From NCBI GenBank assembly GCA_016926395.1, contig JAFGOT010000035.1, forward strand, positions 692 through 64,691: a stretch of 64,000 nucleotides of DNA, given 5' to 3'. Position 1 is the first letter of the stretch; every line of letters begins with the position of its first letter. A model generated the notes under the pieces. That model was not told where the DNA came from. It worked only from the letters and a program-made list of their open reading frames with translations, and ran no database searches. The position numbers and the translations under genes are program-made. Positions 63,941-64,000 of the stretch are shown in pieces. The stretch is from Candidatus Woesearchaeota archaeon. GTDB taxonomy: Archaea; Nanobdellota; Nanobdellia; Woesearchaeales; SKGA01.

Positions 63941-63975
63941 CTAAGATTTAATCTTAGTTGCTTTTTTCTTTTACT
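63941..63975 (+). terminator. Hairpin plus T-tract after the S-layer-like gene
   Basis: CTAAGAT-TTA-ATCTTAG (63941-63957) is followed by TTGCTTTTTTCTTTT. Confidence 0.4.
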
Positions 63976-64000
63976 TGCGCTTTTTTCTTTATCATAAAAA

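Overview
This is a visibly AT-rich archaeal chromosomal segment. The informational genes are unambiguously archaeal: uL15, SecY, L34e, L14e, RadA, RadB, Pelota, uS2, PCNA, archaeal RNase J, ScpB, AglB/STT3, and an intron-containing tRNA-Leu with a canonical bulge-helix-bulge motif. Gene content is compact and reduced. For example, adk and cmk are missing from their conserved slots, which suggests a DPANN-like lineage, although taxonomy cannot be confirmed from this window alone. The layout has four blocks. (1) Bases 1-21.9 kb hold housekeeping genes: translation, recombination, GyrA, ScpB, RNase J and PCNA. (2) Bases 22-36 kb hold transport, tRNA/rRNA modification (ThiI, NSUN, RumA-like), a GH3-family ligase, two tandem class II ribonucleotide reductase paralogues and a PduO-type cobalamin adenosyltransferase. 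(3) Bases 36.3-57.4 kb form a roughly 21 kb convergent N-glycosylation island. It contains a WbpB/D/E/I-like diacetamido-uronic acid pathway, several GT4 and GT2 enzymes, a deacetylase, acetyl- and methyltransferases, a flippase and AglB. (4) Bases 57.7-64 kb form a cell-surface operon. The findings I rate highest are these. (a) Bacterial-type tandem NrdR-box-like palindromes lie in front of the canonical RNR and, divergently, the AdoCbl-forming adenosyltransferase; next to them is an RNR paralogue that has lost most catalytic residues. (b) A FemABX-like (aminoacyl-tRNA-dependent) transferase is fused to a GatB/YqeY-like tRNA-binding tail inside the glycan island. (c) A surface operon encodes a lipobox protein whose C-terminal half looks like a bacterial outer-membrane beta-barrel with a terminal beta-signal. 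(d) A dense GAGACT(G) iteron field with an ORB-like dyad plus G-string lies between a wHTH gene and the radA operon. (e) An Arm/Rmt-family 16S rRNA m7G1405 methyltransferase homologue overlaps pelota. No CRISPR array, transposase, integrase or rRNA gene was seen. All functional calls come from reading motifs by eye, without database searches.
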